From Actinomycetales bacterium (GTDB lineage: Bacteria; Actinomycetota; Actinomycetes; Nanopelagicales; Nanopelagicaceae), in NCBI GenBank assembly GCA_007280395.1, contig QYQH01000004.1, forward strand, positions 1 through 50,077: a stretch of 50,077 nt of DNA, written 5' to 3'. The notes beneath the pieces are model-generated. The model had not been told where the DNA came from, did not search any database, and saw only the letters and a program-made list of their open reading frames with translations. How positions within the stretch are numbered: position 1 is the stretch's first letter; the number at the start of each line of letters is the position of its first letter. Below, piece after piece: positions 18,726-29,879 of this stretch. The translations under genes and the position numbers were made by a program.

Positions 18726-19475
18726 TTAATTAAGATCCATGTAGTTTTCGAGGCCAAAAGTTAGCCCTGGATTTTCGCCAACTTTACGAATAGCCAATAA
18801 AACGCCAGGCATAAAGCCAGTGCGATCTATTGAGTCATGGCGAATCGAAAGCGTTTCTCCGATATCACCCAAGATGACTTCTTGATGGGCTACCAAACCA
18901 CGCAGACGAACCGAGTGAATATGAACATCGCCAATTTTTGCGCCACGAGCACCAGCTAACTCTGAGGTTGTGGCATCTGGCATTGTGGCTTTCTTAACAC
19001 TTGCACGCGCCTCATTTATTAGTTCGGCGGTACGCGCCGCTGTACCTGATGGCGCATCCGCTTTTGCAGGGTGATGTAATTCAACAATTTCTACTGATTC
19101 AAAGTATTTAGAAGCTTGGGCGGCAAATTGCATCATGAGAACCGCACCAAGTCCAAAGTTTGGAGCAATTAACGCTCCTATTTTTGGATTTGCCGCCAAC
19201 CAAGATTTGATTTGTACCAACTTTTTCTCATCGAAACCTGTAGTTCCAACGACAACGTTTATTCCATTATTGATTGCGAAATCGAGGTTACCCATAACTG
19301 CATCAGGATGGGTGAAATCAACTATTACTTGCGCGCCACTAGAGATTAACTTCTCTAGGGAATCACCAAGATCTAATTGCGCAACGACTTCAAGATCAGA
19401 TGTTCCGGAAATAGCCTTAACACTTTCTGATCCCATGCGACCTTTGGCCCCTAGGACAGCAACTTTGATACTCAT
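18726..19475 (-). CDS. dapB: 4-hydroxy-tetrahydrodipicolinate reductase
   Basis: GAKGRMG, VVGTTG, ELHHPAKADAPSGTA. Confidence 0.97.
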   Translation of the reverse strand: MSIKVAVLGAKGRMGSESVKAISGTSDLEVVAQLDLGDSLEKLISSGAQVIVDFTHPDAVMGNLDFAINNGINVVVGTTGFDEKKLVQIKSWLAANPKIGALIAPNFGLGAVLMMQFAAQASKYFESVEIVELHHPAKADAPSGTAARTAELINEARASVKKATMPDATTSELAGARGAKIGDVHIHSVRLRGLVAHQEVILGDIGETLSIRHDSIDRTGFMPGVLLAIRKVGENPGLTFGLENYMDLN

Positions 19476-20743
19476 GCAATCACCTTCTCAAATTTAGCGG
19501 TACTTCTAAATGGCCCTACGAGTGCAAGGGTAGCGGGAGCGCTAAACAAGTCGCGTGCTAATTGATGAATTTGCTCAGGTGTTACTGCTTTTACCTTGCT
19601 CAAAATTTCATCAAAGCTCATAATTTCACCATAAACAAGTTCGCTCTTGCCAATTCGACTCATACGAGAGCCAGTATCTTCCTGGCCCAGAATTAAGCCA
19701 CCAGTTACCGCACCTTTTGCTCTCGAAATCTCTTCATCAGTTAAACCGCGTTGTGCTACTGATTCACTTATGTCGCGCATAAGTTTTATTACCTCTTCCG
19801 CTTTCTCGGTTCGGCACCCAGCATAAAAAACTAACGTTCCAGTACCGGCAAATTGTTGTGGATAGGCATAAGTTGTATATGCCAGACCACGCTTCTCGCG
19901 AATCTCCTGAAACAATCTCGAAGCCATTCCGCCACCAATTGCTGAGGAGAGAACGCTTAATGCAAATCTGCGGTCATCGCTGCGGGCTAAACCCGGAAAG
20001 CCATAGAGAATATGGGCTTGCTCAGTCTTGCGATCAATCAAACCAATTTCACCAAGACCTGGTGTCTTAATCGGAGTGGATGCTCTAACTTCATGTTTGT
20101 TACTAGGAACATCCAAGAAGCCATCCCTAGAGATCGCCGCTTCAACCATCTTCACAACTTTTTTATGTTTAATATTTCCGGCTACTGAAATAACTAAATT
20201 CTCTGGCTGGTAGTGTTTTTTATAGTAATTAAAGATTGAATTCCTTGGCATCTTATTAATTGAATCAACAGTTCCCAAGATTGAACGGCCAATAGGTGAA
20301 TCACCGTAATAAGTAGCTAAATAGAGTTCATGAATATAGTCAGATGGGTCATCGTCGCGAACGGCGATTTCGCTCAACACAACCTTACGTTCGGAGTCCA
20401 CGTCTTCCACAGTGAAAGTTGAAGAGGTAATCAAATCTGTAACAACATCGATTGCTAAAGGTAGATCAGTATCGATTACTCGGGCATAAAAGCAGGTGTA
20501 TTCCTGGCCGGTAAATGCATTCATCTCGCCACCAACTGCTTCAATCGAAGATGAAATTTCGAGAGCGGTGCGACGCTTTGTTCCTTTGAAAAGTAAATGT
20601 TCTAGAAAGTGGGAAGCTCCCGCGACGGATTTTGATTCATCGCGAGAGCCAACGTTTGCCCAAATTCCTACCGCAGCGGATCTCGACGTACTGACTTCTT
20701 CAGTAACAATTCGCAGCCCGCTGGGCAAGATTGTCTTACTCAA
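19472..20743 (-). CDS. M16-family (pitrilysin) zinc peptidase, PepR-like
   Basis: HFLEH inverted zinc motif, SRLFQEIREKRGLAY; pnp-pepR-dapB synteny; TTG start abuts the pnp stop. Confidence 0.93.
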   Translation of the reverse strand: MSKTILPSGLRIVTEEVSTSRSAAVGIWANVGSRDESKSVAGASHFLEHLLFKGTKRRTALEISSSIEAVGGEMNAFTGQEYTCFYARVIDTDLPLAIDVVTDLITSSTFTVEDVDSERKVVLSEIAVRDDDPSDYIHELYLATYYGDSPIGRSILGTVDSINKMPRNSIFNYYKKHYQPENLVISVAGNIKHKKVVKMVEAAISRDGFLDVPSNKHEVRASTPIKTPGLGEIGLIDRKTEQAHILYGFPGLARSDDRRFALSVLSSAIGGGMASRLFQEIREKRGLAYTTYAYPQQFAGTGTLVFYAGCRTEKAEEVIKLMRDISESVAQRGLTDEEISRAKGAVTGGLILGQEDTGSRMSRIGKSELVYGEIMSFDEILSKVKAVTPEQIHQLARDLFSAPATLALVGPFRSTAKFEKVIA

Positions 20744-22954
20744 TTATTCGCCGGCTTCCTTACCAGGAACCGTGCCATCTGCAAGAACTGGAACCAATGA
20801 GAACTTACCCTTTGGATCAATCTCTGCAATTTCAACTTCGATCTTCTCGCCAACCTTCATAACTTCTTCAAGGTTTTCGATGCGCTTTCCACCATGCAAT
20901 TTACGAATCTGCGAGATGTGAAGCAAGCCATCTTTACCTGGGACAAGTGAAATGAAAGCACCGAATGTTGCAAGCTTCACGATACTTCCGTTGAAGCGCT
21001 CTCCCACCTTTGGAACAACTGGGTTTGCGATTGCATCAATCATGGCCTTAGCGGCTTCTGCTTGTGAACCTTCAAGTGCGCCGATGTAGACAGTTCCATC
21101 ATCTTCGATGGTGATATCTGCGCCCGTCTCATCTTGAATTTGGTTAATCATCTTGCCCTTAGGTCCGATGATTGCGCCAATAAGTTCAACAGGAACCTTG
21201 ACCGAAATAATGCGAGGAGCAAGAAGGCTCATCTCATCAGGTGCATCGATTGCTTGGTTCATGATGTCAAGAATTGTTAGACGTGCTTCTTTAGCTTGAA
21301 GCAGCGCTGATGCCAAGATTGATGCTGGAATTCCATCAAGTTTGGTATCTAGTTGTAGCGCAGTAACGAACTCCTTCGTTCCTGCAACTTTAAAGTCCAT
21401 ATCTCCGAAAGCATCTTCTGCTCCGAGAATATCTGTGATCGCAACGTATTCAGTCTTGCCATCAACGACATCTGAAATTAGACCCATTGCAATACCTGCA
21501 ACTGCTGCCTTAAGTGGAACACCAGCATTTAGCAGCGACATAGTCGATGCACATACTGAACCCATTGATGTTGAACCGTTAGATCCAAGAGCTTCTGAAA
21601 CTTGGCGAATTGCATATGGGAATTCTTCACGTGTTGGAAGAACTGGAAGCAATGCGCGCTCTGCAAGAGCACCGTGGCCGATTTCGCGACGCTTTGGTGA
21701 ACCAACACGACCAGTCTCGCCCACAGAATATGGTGGGAAGTTGTAGTTGTGCATATAGCGCTTGTGATTCTCTGGGCTCAAAGTATCTAGTTGTTGTTCC
21801 ATCTTTAACATGTTCAAAGTTGTAACACCAAGGATTTGAGTCTCGCCGCGTTCGAAGATTGCGGAACCGTGAACACGAGGTATAACTTCAACCTCTGCTG
21901 TGATTGCACGAATATCGCGAATTCCGCGACCATCGATACGAATCTTGTCGCGAAGTACGCGTTGACGAACTAGATTCTTTGTAACTGAACGAAGGGCTGC
22001 AGAAACTTCTTTCTCACGGCCTTCGAAGCTAACAGCAAGCTTCTCTTTAACAACTTTGTTGATTTCATCTAGCTTTGTTTCGCGCTCTTGCTTTCCAGCA
22101 ATTGTTAGCGCCTTAGCCATGTCATCTTTTGCTGCTGCTTCAACTGCAGCATATGCGTCATCTTGGTAATCCAAGTAGACCGGGAATTCACCAGTTGGCT
22201 TTGCAGCAACCTTTGCGAGATCCAGTTGTGCTTGGCAGAGAATTCGAATAAATGGCTTTGCAGCTTCTAGACCTTCGCCAACAATCTCTTCAGTTGGTGC
22301 CTTTGCGCCAGCCTTAATGAGGTTAATTGTCTGAGTTGTAGCTTCTGCTTCAACCATAATGATTGCAACATCACCATCAATAATTGAACCAGCAACAACC
22401 ATATCGAAGACTGCTTTCTCCAAATCAGAGTGATTTGGGAATGCAACCCATTGGCCTTCAATCAAAGCGACGCGAACGCCACCGATTGGACCAGAGAATG
22501 GCAAGCCAGCAAGTTGTGTTGACATTGATGCTGCGTTAATAGCAAGTACGTCATACATATGATCAGGGTTAAGTGCCATAACAGTTACGACAACTTGGAT
22601 TTCGTTACGAAGTCCCTTTACGAATGATGGACGAAGTGGGCGGTCAATTAAACGACAGGTAAGAATTGCATCTTCTGACGGACGACCTTCACGACGGAAG
22701 AAAGATCCTGGAATCTTTCCTGCGGCATACATTCGCTCTTCTACATCCACAGTAAGTGGGAAGAAATCGAATTGATCCTTTGGCTGCTTTCCAGCAGTTG
22801 TTGCAGAGAGCAACATTGAATCATCATCTAAATAAACAAGCGCAGTTCCTGACGCTTGACGTGCTAGGCGGCCGGTTTCGAACCGGATTTCGCGCTTTCC
22901 ATATTTGCCGTTATCAATTACTGCAACGGCGGTCTTAACATCTTGACCTTCCAT
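20744..22954 (-). CDS. pnp: Polyribonucleotide nucleotidyltransferase (PNPase/GpsI)
   Basis: [36 protein letters not shown] and S1 domains. Confidence 0.99.
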   Translation of the reverse strand: MEGQDVKTAVAVIDNGKYGKREIRFETGRLARQASGTALVYLDDDSMLLSATTAGKQPKDQFDFFPLTVDVEERMYAAGKIPGSFFRREGRPSEDAILTCRLIDRPLRPSFVKGLRNEIQVVVTVMALNPDHMYDVLAINAASMSTQLAGLPFSGPIGGVRVALIEGQWVAFPNHSDLEKAVFDMVVAGSIIDGDVAIIMVEAEATTQTINLIKAGAKAPTEEIVGEGLEAAKPFIRILCQAQLDLAKVAAKPTGEFPVYLDYQDDAYAAVEAAAKDDMAKALTIAGKQERETKLDEINKVVKEKLAVSFEGREKEVSAALRSVTKNLVRQRVLRDKIRIDGRGIRDIRAITAEVEVIPRVHGSAIFERGETQILGVTTLNMLKMEQQLDTLSPENHKRYMHNYNFPPYSVGETGRVGSPKRREIGHGALAERALLPVLPTREEFPYAIRQVSEALGSNGSTSMGSVCASTMSLLNAGVPLKAAVAGIAMGLISDVVDGKTEYVAITDILGAEDAFGDMDFKVAGTKEFVTALQLDTKLDGIPASILASALLQAKEARLTILDIMNQAIDAPDEMSLLAPRIISVKVPVELIGAIIGPKGKMINQIQDETGADITIEDDGTVYIGALEGSQAEAAKAMIDAIANPVVPKVGERFNGSIVKLATFGAFISLVPGKDGLLHISQIRKLHGGKRIENLEEVMKVGEKIEVEIAEIDPKGKFSLVPVLADGTVPGKEAGE

Positions 22955-22981
22955 AGGTCGACTCCATTTCTAATGAACACA

Positions 22982-23077
22982 CATCAGCAACGGATCTTCG
23001 ATGGAAGCCCACGGGATCTATTTATTTTATAAAGATAGAAGGCCCGGAAGCCACAACCGAGGACCGATTCACTGATG
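22982..23077 (-). ncRNA. pnp 5' leader long stem-loop (Actino-pnp-like cis element)
   Basis: Minus strand CATCAG..CGGTCCTCGGTTGTGGCTTCCGGG...CCCGTGGGCTTCCATCGAAGATCCG..CTGATG nested pairing in the rpsO-pnp spacer. Confidence 0.75.
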
Positions 23078-23093
23078 AGTGAGTTTTGCTAAT

Positions 23094-23363
23094 TTAGCGA
23101 CGAATACCGAGTTTTTCGATAATCGCTCTGTAACGTGTTACATCGGTCTTTGCAAGATATTGCAGGATACGACGACGCTTACCGACCATAAGAATTAGAC
23201 CACGACGGTTGTGGTGATCGTTCTTATTTACCTTTAGGTGTTCGGTGAGTTCTTCAATTCGCTTTGATAGCAATGCGACCTGTGCTTCAGGGCTTCCTGT
23301 GTCAGTAGCGGAAGCGCCGTACTTTGCAATAATTTCTTTTTTAACTGATGGTTGTAACGCCAT
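23094..23363 (-). CDS. rpsO: 30S ribosomal protein S15
   Basis: [27 protein letters not shown]. Confidence 0.99.
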   Translation of the reverse strand: MALQPSVKKEIIAKYGASATDTGSPEAQVALLSKRIEELTEHLKVNKNDHHNRRGLILMVGKRRRILQYLAKTDVTRYRAIIEKLGIRR

Positions 23364-23446
23364 TTGGTACTCCCTTTACTTTCACGAGGGCCTCGGTGTG
23401 ATTCACGAAGGCTCGATTGCTCGCTTGTTGTGGGGCAAGGCTACCA
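23364..23446 (-). promoter_or_regulatory. rpsO promoter (extended -10 TGG-TAGCCT) and structured leader, probable S15 autoregulatory element
   Basis: TAGCCT at 23438-23443; CGAGCCTTCG...CGAGGCCCTCG imperfect stem before the SD. Confidence 0.5.
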
Positions 23447-23483
23447 GCGCCATTTGATCTGGAGAAATCCACCCGATCTGCTC

Positions 23484-24374
23484 TTATTTTAAGCGGGTAA
23501 ATCCTGTCAATTCAGCGGCCGTATCACAATCGGCCTTCATCTGAATAAGCAAAGAATCTAGTGACTCAAATTTCAAGGTATCGCGAAGTCGGTGAGTGAA
23601 TTCAATGGTTGCGAGGTGGTCGTATAAATCTAAATCCTTCTGATCAATTGCATATGCCTCAACCTGGCGACCACGTATTCCGGGAAAAGTTGGATTGGTT
23701 CCAATTGAAATTGCTGCTGCCCAACGGATATTTTCTACAGTTAACCAACCTGCATAAACGCCATCTGCTGGAATACATGCAAGGGAATCAAGTCCAATAT
23801 TTGCAGTTGGGTAGCCAATTTCGCGGCCACGCTTTTCACCATGAACAACTGGTCCAACCAAGTAGTGGCTACGTGTTAAAAGTTCTGAAGCACGAACAAC
23901 GTCGCCATCGAAGATTAAGCCACGAATTCGAGAAGAGGAGACTGGATTTCCACGATTCTCTGAGAGCTTTACGACCGTAGTATCAAAACCTTTTTTCGAC
24001 TTCTGCAGAGTTTGTGAAGTACCCTCAGCTTTATGACCAAAGGTGAAGTTTTCGCCCACAACAACATGTGTTGCAGCAAGTTGTTTTACCAATATTTGAT
24101 CTATAAATTCTTCAGGGGTAAGGGCTGCAAATTCTTTGGTGAAATCAATAACTACAACTTCATCGGCGCCATGAGCCTTTAACTGAGTGATTCGATCTTC
24201 AAGTGGAAGCAATTGCATTGGAGTTCGCTCTGGTGCAAAGATCGAAGTTGGGTGTGGATAGAAAGTTAGCGCAATTACTCTGCCCTCTGCTTTCGCTCTC
24301 TTAAGCAGCTCTTGGTGCCCAGCATGAACGCCATCGAAGATTCCGATGAGAACGCAGTTTCCAGGTTGAGCCAT
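23484..24374 (-). CDS. ribF: Bifunctional riboflavin kinase/FAD synthetase
   Basis: GIFDGVHAGH, VSSSRIR, GREIGYPTAN. Confidence 0.97.
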   Translation of the reverse strand: MAQPGNCVLIGIFDGVHAGHQELLKRAKAEGRVIALTFYPHPTSIFAPERTPMQLLPLEDRITQLKAHGADEVVVIDFTKEFAALTPEEFIDQILVKQLAATHVVVGENFTFGHKAEGTSQTLQKSKKGFDTTVVKLSENRGNPVSSSRIRGLIFDGDVVRASELLTRSHYLVGPVVHGEKRGREIGYPTANIGLDSLACIPADGVYAGWLTVENIRWAAAISIGTNPTFPGIRGRQVEAYAIDQKDLDLYDHLATIEFTHRLRDTLKFESLDSLLIQMKADCDTAAELTGFTRLK

Positions 24375-24378
24375 TGGA

Positions 24379-25245
24379 TTATTCTTTCACGCTTACCAGG
24401 GTTGGGGTCGCAACATTCTTTCCATCAATCTCTTTATCTATGAGCAACGCCACAAATTCCCCGCTCTGATCTAGGGCTGCGACCGCTCCCGATTTATTAC
24501 TTGCAGGAATAACGCGACCAAAAGAGATTTCATTGGCTTCTGCAAAATCTATAGTTCGAATCGGCAAGATCCGCGAGATTCCAGATGCTACTGAAATCAA
24601 GTTATTGCTATCGAGTTCGGAGCACTCGGTGATACCAAATGGTGAAACTAAGGTACGGCGCAGCGACGTTAGATGGCCGCCAACTTTCAATAGATCGCCA
24701 AGATCGCGTGCGATTGCCCGAATATAAGTTCCAGCGCTACAGGTGACGACAACTTGGAGATCAATAAATTCGCCGACAGTTGTTATAGAAAGAACATCTA
24801 TCTCGGAGATATTTACCTCGCGGGCAGGAATATCTACAACTTCCCCATCGCGAACTCTCTGATGTGCGCGCTTGCCATCAATTTTTATTGCAGACACTGA
24901 ACTAGGTTTTTGTGCAATGTTGCCGATAAATTTCGTTACACCTTCACGCACCTGATCTTCACTAATTCCAGATGCATCTGTTGTTGAAGTAACTTCACCT
25001 TCACGGTCATCAGTATGTGTAGCCTGGCCTAAACGAATAGTTGCTTCATATTTCTTGGTGCCATCAGTAACATATTGTAAAAGTCTAGTTGCTGCGCCAA
25101 CGCCTAAAACCAAGACACCTGTCGCCATTGGGTCGAGAGTTCCGGCATGCCCAACTCGCTTCGTTCCGAATACTTTTCTCGCCTTAGCCACAACGTCATG
25201 ACTTGTCATGCCAGCGGCTTTATCAATCAGCGCGAAGCCATGCAT
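24379..25245 (-). CDS. truB: tRNA pseudouridine(55) synthase
   Basis: VGHAGTLDPMATGVL, CSAGTYIRAIARD. Confidence 0.97.
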   Translation of the reverse strand: MHGFALIDKAAGMTSHDVVAKARKVFGTKRVGHAGTLDPMATGVLVLGVGAATRLLQYVTDGTKKYEATIRLGQATHTDDREGEVTSTTDASGISEDQVREGVTKFIGNIAQKPSSVSAIKIDGKRAHQRVRDGEVVDIPAREVNISEIDVLSITTVGEFIDLQVVVTCSAGTYIRAIARDLGDLLKVGGHLTSLRRTLVSPFGITECSELDSNNLISVASGISRILPIRTIDFAEANEISFGRVIPASNKSGAVAALDQSGEFVALLIDKEIDGKNVATPTLVSVKE

Positions 25246-25253
25246 AATTATTT

Positions 25254-25673
25254 TTACTCTTCAGCGTGCTTGTATGGATCAGCTTCGCCAGCCGGCTTTG
25301 CACCTTCACGAGCTTTAGCAAGTTCAGCATCTTTGCGCGCAACTTCAAATAATAAATTGTTCATTGCGGATGCGCTCTCTTGTAAACCATCTTGGAAGAA
25401 TTCAAGTGATGGCGTAATTCGAAGCCCAAGAGTACGGCCAACTTCAGTTCGCAACATTCCGCGCGCTGAATTAAGGGCAATTGCAGTTGCGCTTTGTGCC
25501 GCTTCATCACCAAGCACAGTATAAAAAATAGATGCTTGTTGTAGATCGCCAGTTACTCGCACATCGGTAAGAGTTATGAAGCCAAGACGCGGATCTTTAA
25601 CCCGCGTCTCAAGAGCTCCGGCAACTATCTCTTTAATTCGGTCTGCCACTTTTAATGCACGATTCGAGGCCAT
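25254..25673 (-). CDS. rbfA: 30S ribosome-binding factor A
   Basis: KDPRLGFITLTDVRVTGDLQ, LRITPSLEF. Confidence 0.97.
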   Translation of the reverse strand: MASNRALKVADRIKEIVAGALETRVKDPRLGFITLTDVRVTGDLQQASIFYTVLGDEAAQSATAIALNSARGMLRTEVGRTLGLRITPSLEFFQDGLQESASAMNNLLFEVARKDAELAKAREGAKPAGEADPYKHAEE

Positions 25674-25676
25674 TTG

Positions 25677-28379
25677 TTATACGCGCTTCTTCTCGCGTAA
25701 CTCGTAGGTCTGAATGATGTCGCCAACTTGAATGTCTTTGAATGAACCAAGTCCGATACCGCACTCGTAGCCATCCTTAACTTCAGTTGCATCATCCTTG
25801 AAGCGACGCAATGAATCAACTACTAGACCTTCGCCAACTAGAACACTATTTCTAAGTGTTCTCGCCTTAGCGTTACGTCGAATAGTTCCATCTTGAACCA
25901 AGCAGCCAGAAATATTTCCGAACTTGCTTGATTTGAAGATATCGCGAACTTCAGCGTTACCAAGAACAACTTCTTCAAACTCTGGCTTTAGCAAGCCCTT
26001 GAGTGAAGCTTCAATCTCTTCAATTGCATTGTAGATAACGGTATAGAAACGAATTTCTACGCCTTCAACTTCAGCAAAGGTTGCAGTTTGTGGTTCTGGC
26101 TTAACGTTAAAGCCGATGATTACAGCAGTCGAAGCAGATGCAAGAGTTACATCGCCCTTTGTGATTGCACCAACACCGCGGTGGATAACGCGAAGATCAA
26201 CCTCACTTCCAACATCGAGTTGTAGCAAGGCATCTTCCAGCGCTTCAACCGAACCAGAAACGTCACCCTTAAGAATGAGGTTAAGTGTGCTGATCTTGGA
26301 TTGCTCCATGAAATCTTCAAGTGAAACTTTCTTACGTGTCTTAGCAAGCAGCGCATTTCGCATTGCGAGTTGACGCTTTTCGGCAATCTGGCGAGCAGTT
26401 CTGTCATCTTCAGCGACTATGAATGAATCACCAGCACCAGGAACAGATGTGAAACCAAGTACTTGAACTGGGCGAGATGGACCAGCTTCAGTAACGGCAT
26501 CTCCGTTCTCATCTAACATCGCACGAACACGACCAAATGCTCCACCGGCAACGATTGCATCTCCGACGTGCAGCGTTCCGCGTTGAACAAGAACTGTGGC
26601 AACTGGGCCACGGCCCTTATCTAGGTTCGCTTCGATCGCAACACCACGAGCAACATCGTCGGCAATTGCACGAAGATCGATTGCGGCATCTGCGGTAAGA
26701 AGAATTGCATCGATGAGAGCATCAATACCTTCACCTGATTTCGCAGATACGTTTATGAACATTGTTGTTCCGCCGTACTCTTCTGCGATCAAGTTGTATT
26801 CAGTTAATTGCTGACGAATCTTGTCTGGGTTTGCACCCTCTTTATCAACCTTGTTTACCGCTACAACAATTGGCACATCGGCCGCTTGCGCATGGTTTAA
26901 GGCTTCAATTGTTTGTGGCATTACGCCATCATCCGCAGCGACTACTAGTACTGCGATATCAGTTACCTTCGCGCCACGAGCACGCATTGCGGTGAATGCT
27001 TCGTGACCCGGAGTATCGATAAATGTAATCGCGCGATTTTGACCTTCATGATCATGGTGAATTTGATAAGCACCAATGTGCTGGGTAATTCCACCTGCTT
27101 CGCCGCGACCGACTTCGGTCTTGCGAACTGCATCCAACAAACTTGTTTTACCGTGATCAACGTGGCCCATAACCGTAACGATTGGCGAGCGCACAACAAG
27201 ATCTGCCTCATCGATATCGGCAAGCTCTTGATCAAGGTCAATATCGAATTGTTCAAGAAGTTCGCGATCTTCATCTTCTGGGCTTACAACTTGAATTTTA
27301 TAACCAAGTTCTGCCCCAAGAAGTGTGAAGGTATCTTCATCAACAGATTGTGTAGCAGTAACCATTTCACCTAAGTGAAATAGCGCAGAGACTAACGCGG
27401 CTGGATCGCCGCCAATTTTCTCTGCAAAATCCATAAGGGTTGCGCCGCGACGTAGGCGAATTGTTGACTTGCCATCGCCGTGTGGAATGACTGCGCCACC
27501 AAGTGATGGTGCCGCCATATTGTCGAACTCTTCACGTAACGCTTTCTTACTCTTATGCGCCTTGCGAGATTTTCCACCTTGCTTTCCAAATGCACCAGCA
27601 GTTCCGCCACGTTGATGACGGCCACCGCCTTTACCGCCTGGACCACCTGGACCACCAAATGTTGTTGGTGCGCCACCAGCGTTTGCGTTCGGTGTGCGAT
27701 ATGGAGAATTTGAATTTGGTGCGCTAGTTGTTGAACCGCCGGGACCACCCTGACCACCCTGACCACTTGGACGGCCACCACTTGTTGGTGCTCCAGTTGT
27801 TGGACGATTTTGTTGCGGTCTTGCAGCGAAACCTGGACGAACAGATCCTGGACGTGCACCTGACATTGGTGGACGTTCACCTGGACGCAATGGTCGTTGT
27901 GCTGGTGGGCGTGGCATGGCATTTGCACCAGAACCACCACTTGAACCAAATGGATTATTTCCAGCGCGAGGAGGACGTGGCATTGAAGGTGCAGCAGGTC
28001 TAACCGCTGAAGTTGGAGTTACTGGTGCGACAGGTGCAACAGGTTTTTCTGGAGCAACCGGAATTTCGCTCTGGGCTTTTGAAAGTTGTTCGCGGGTTGC
28101 TTCTGGAAGGGCGGCAAGTGCCGCTTCAATCTCTTCTGCAGTTGGGACGGCTGCTTTCTTCGCAGCAACCTTCTTAGCTGCGGCTTTCTTAACTGGTTTT
28201 GGTGCAGCATCTGCGGGCTTGAGATCTGGGAACTTATCCATCAACTTGCGCACAACGGGTGCCTCAACAGTTGATGATGCAGATCGAACGAACTCGCCGA
28301 CTTCTTGTAACTTAGCGAGGAGCTCTTTGCTCTCTAAACCTAAATCTTTTGCTAATTCGTAAACGCGGACCTTTGCCAC
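25677..28379 (-). CDS. infB: Translation initiation factor IF-2
   Basis: [28 protein letters not shown]; GTG start. Confidence 0.99.
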   Translation of the reverse strand: MAKVRVYELAKDLGLESKELLAKLQEVGEFVRSASSTVEAPVVRKLMDKFPDLKPADAAPKPVKKAAAKKVAAKKAAVPTAEEIEAALAALPEATREQLSKAQSEIPVAPEKPVAPVAPVTPTSAVRPAAPSMPRPPRAGNNPFGSSGGSGANAMPRPPAQRPLRPGERPPMSGARPGSVRPGFAARPQQNRPTTGAPTSGGRPSGQGGQGGPGGSTTSAPNSNSPYRTPNANAGGAPTTFGGPGGPGGKGGGRHQRGGTAGAFGKQGGKSRKAHKSKKALREEFDNMAAPSLGGAVIPHGDGKSTIRLRRGATLMDFAEKIGGDPAALVSALFHLGEMVTATQSVDEDTFTLLGAELGYKIQVVSPEDEDRELLEQFDIDLDQELADIDEADLVVRSPIVTVMGHVDHGKTSLLDAVRKTEVGRGEAGGITQHIGAYQIHHDHEGQNRAITFIDTPGHEAFTAMRARGAKVTDIAVLVVAADDGVMPQTIEALNHAQAADVPIVVAVNKVDKEGANPDKIRQQLTEYNLIAEEYGGTTMFINVSAKSGEGIDALIDAILLTADAAIDLRAIADDVARGVAIEANLDKGRGPVATVLVQRGTLHVGDAIVAGGAFGRVRAMLDENGDAVTEAGPSRPVQVLGFTSVPGAGDSFIVAEDDRTARQIAEKRQLAMRNALLAKTRKKVSLEDFMEQSKISTLNLILKGDVSGSVEALEDALLQLDVGSEVDLRVIHRGVGAITKGDVTLASASTAVIIGFNVKPEPQTATFAEVEGVEIRFYTVIYNAIEEIEASLKGLLKPEFEEVVLGNAEVRDIFKSSKFGNISGCLVQDGTIRRNAKARTLRNSVLVGEGLVVDSLRRFKDDATEVKDGYECGIGLGSFKDIQVGDIIQTYELREKKRV

Positions 28380-28418
28380 AGTTGCCTTCCTGTCTTGGCC
28401 CCACGTCTTAATTGGAGC

Positions 28419-28439
28419 CTAAATTAATGCCTTAATCAT
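28419..28439 (-). CDS. infB-leader mini-ORF 3 (MIKALI*)
   Basis: ATG ATT AAG GCA TTA ATT TAG; its start overlaps the mini-ORF 2 stop as ATGA. Confidence 0.5.
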   Translation of the reverse strand: MIKALI

Positions 28440-28456
28440 GAGCGCGAGGTGCTCAT
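28436..28456 (-). CDS. infB-leader mini-ORF 2 (MSTSRS*)
   Basis: ATG AGC ACC TCG CGC TCA TGA, starting 2 nt after the mini-ORF 1 stop. Confidence 0.5.
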   Translation of the reverse strand: MSTSRS

Positions 28457-28458
28457 GG

Positions 28459-28497
28459 TTACTTAGTTTCCCAATTTGGGTTTGACTTGCTTGACAT
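28459..28497 (-). CDS. infB-leader mini-ORF 1 (MSSKSNPNWETK*)
   Basis: Strong SD AAGGAG (28506-28511) 8 nt before ATG; 12 codons then TAA. Confidence 0.6.
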   Translation of the reverse strand: MSSKSNPNWETK

Positions 28498-28517
28498 AGC
28501 TTTCGCTCCTTATATTT

Positions 28518-28766
28518 TTACAACTTGTTAGTTAAAAATTTCTCCAGCGGATCTGTAGAAAGATTCTCATCTGTTCTAAAGGCCCGTTGAAATGATCTGC
28601 GCTCCTTTGCCACATCGAAACAACTTCGATGTAACCAAGCACCGCGACCAAATTTTCGGTGATCTTCATCAGGCAGAACCTGATTTCCGATCCGAACTAC
28701 GCGAAGTAATTCCCTGAAGTTCTCGCGCTTGCGACAAGCTATGCAGCTCCGAATCGGAATCGGCAT
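28518..28766 (-). CDS. ylxR: YlxR/RnpM-family (DUF448) RNA-binding protein
   Basis: PIRSCIACR, LLRVV, GRGAWLH; nusA-ylxR-infB synteny. Confidence 0.92.
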   Translation of the reverse strand: MPIPIRSCIACRKRENFRELLRVVRIGNQVLPDEDHRKFGRGAWLHRSCFDVAKERRSFQRAFRTDENLSTDPLEKFLTNKL

Positions 28767-28853
28767 CTCTTATCCCTCACATTTGAAACTAGCAGGGGCC
28801 AACCTTACTCGCGAAAATCAGATGTTCCCAATCAGCGAGGAACCGCCCTGCGA

Positions 28854-29879
28854 TTATGCGGGAAATTCACCCTCTTCTTCAACCTCTTCTGGCTTTGGCT
28901 TTTGAATCCGCTCAACTGGATTATCTGGGTGGATATCAATTCGCCATCCAGTAAGCCTTGCTGCAAGACGAGCATTCTGGCCATCTTTTCCAATTGCAAG
29001 TGAGAGTTGGTAATCCGGAACAATTACTTTCGCAGATTTACTTTCAAGATCAACAACCTCGCAACTTGAAACTTTTGCTGGGGCAAGGGCATTTGCGACA
29101 TAAACTGCTGGATTTTCTGAGTAATCAACGATGTCAATCTTCTCGCCATTTAACTCATCCATAACGGCCTTTGCGCGAGCACCAACTGGGCCGATAAGTG
29201 CGCCTTTAGGACTTACACCTGCGCGGTGTGAACGAACTGAAACTTTACTTCGGAATCCTGGTTCGCGAGAGATCCCAACAATTTCAACGATTCCATCTTT
29301 TAACTCTGGAACTTCTAGCGTGAAGAGAGTTTTAACAAGGAGCGGATGAGTTCTAGAAAGTGTTACTTCTGGTCCCTTAAGCCCTTGCTTTACATCTACA
29401 ACAAAACACTTAATCCGTTGACCGTGTATATATGTTTCGGTGGGAACTTGTTCGACAGGTGGGATTTTTCCTTCGACGCGACCTAGGTCAACATAAACAA
29501 TTGTTGAATCACGGCCTTGCTGAATTACTCCAGAAATTACCTCGCCGACGGTAGCTGAAAATTCTTCAACGACGTCCGCATCTTTTGCGGCCCGCATCCG
29601 CTGTTTAATCTCTTTGCGAGTGATTGATTTAATTACTTTCTCGAAACCTTCAGGCATATGAGTGAGCGTTTCGGTATAAATTCCCTCTTCATCAAATTGT
29701 GGAACATGGATCAAGATTTCACCATCAACTCGATTTAAAACTGCGCGACCTTGTGGCTTAGCATCTTCCAACTCGACATAAGCTTCAGTAACGGCATTTT
29801 CAATTGCGCTAATCATTTTCTCGAGTGGAATTTCACGCTCAATTGTTAACGCAATAAGTGCGTCGACATCTACACTCAT
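28854..29879 (-). CDS. nusA: Transcription termination/antitermination factor NusA
   Basis: S1 and KH domains: [45 protein letters not shown]. Confidence 0.97.
   Translation of the reverse strand: MSVDVDALIALTIEREIPLEKMISAIENAVTEAYVELEDAKPQGRAVLNRVDGEILIHVPQFDEEGIYTETLTHMPEGFEKVIKSITRKEIKQRMRAAKDADVVEEFSATVGEVISGVIQQGRDSTIVYVDLGRVEGKIPPVEQVPTETYIHGQRIKCFVVDVKQGLKGPEVTLSRTHPLLVKTLFTLEVPELKDGIVEIVGISREPGFRSKVSVRSHRAGVSPKGALIGPVGARAKAVMDELNGEKIDIVDYSENPAVYVANALAPAKVSSCEVVDLESKSAKVIVPDYQLSLAIGKDGQNARLAARLTGWRIDIHPDNPVERIQKPKPEEVEEEGEFPA

Noticed and set aside
27590-28210. Short imperfect repeats (ggaccacc, KKAA, PVAP) in infB
   Set aside because: Ordinary low-complexity Gly/Pro/Ala/Lys-rich linker of actinobacterial IF-2.
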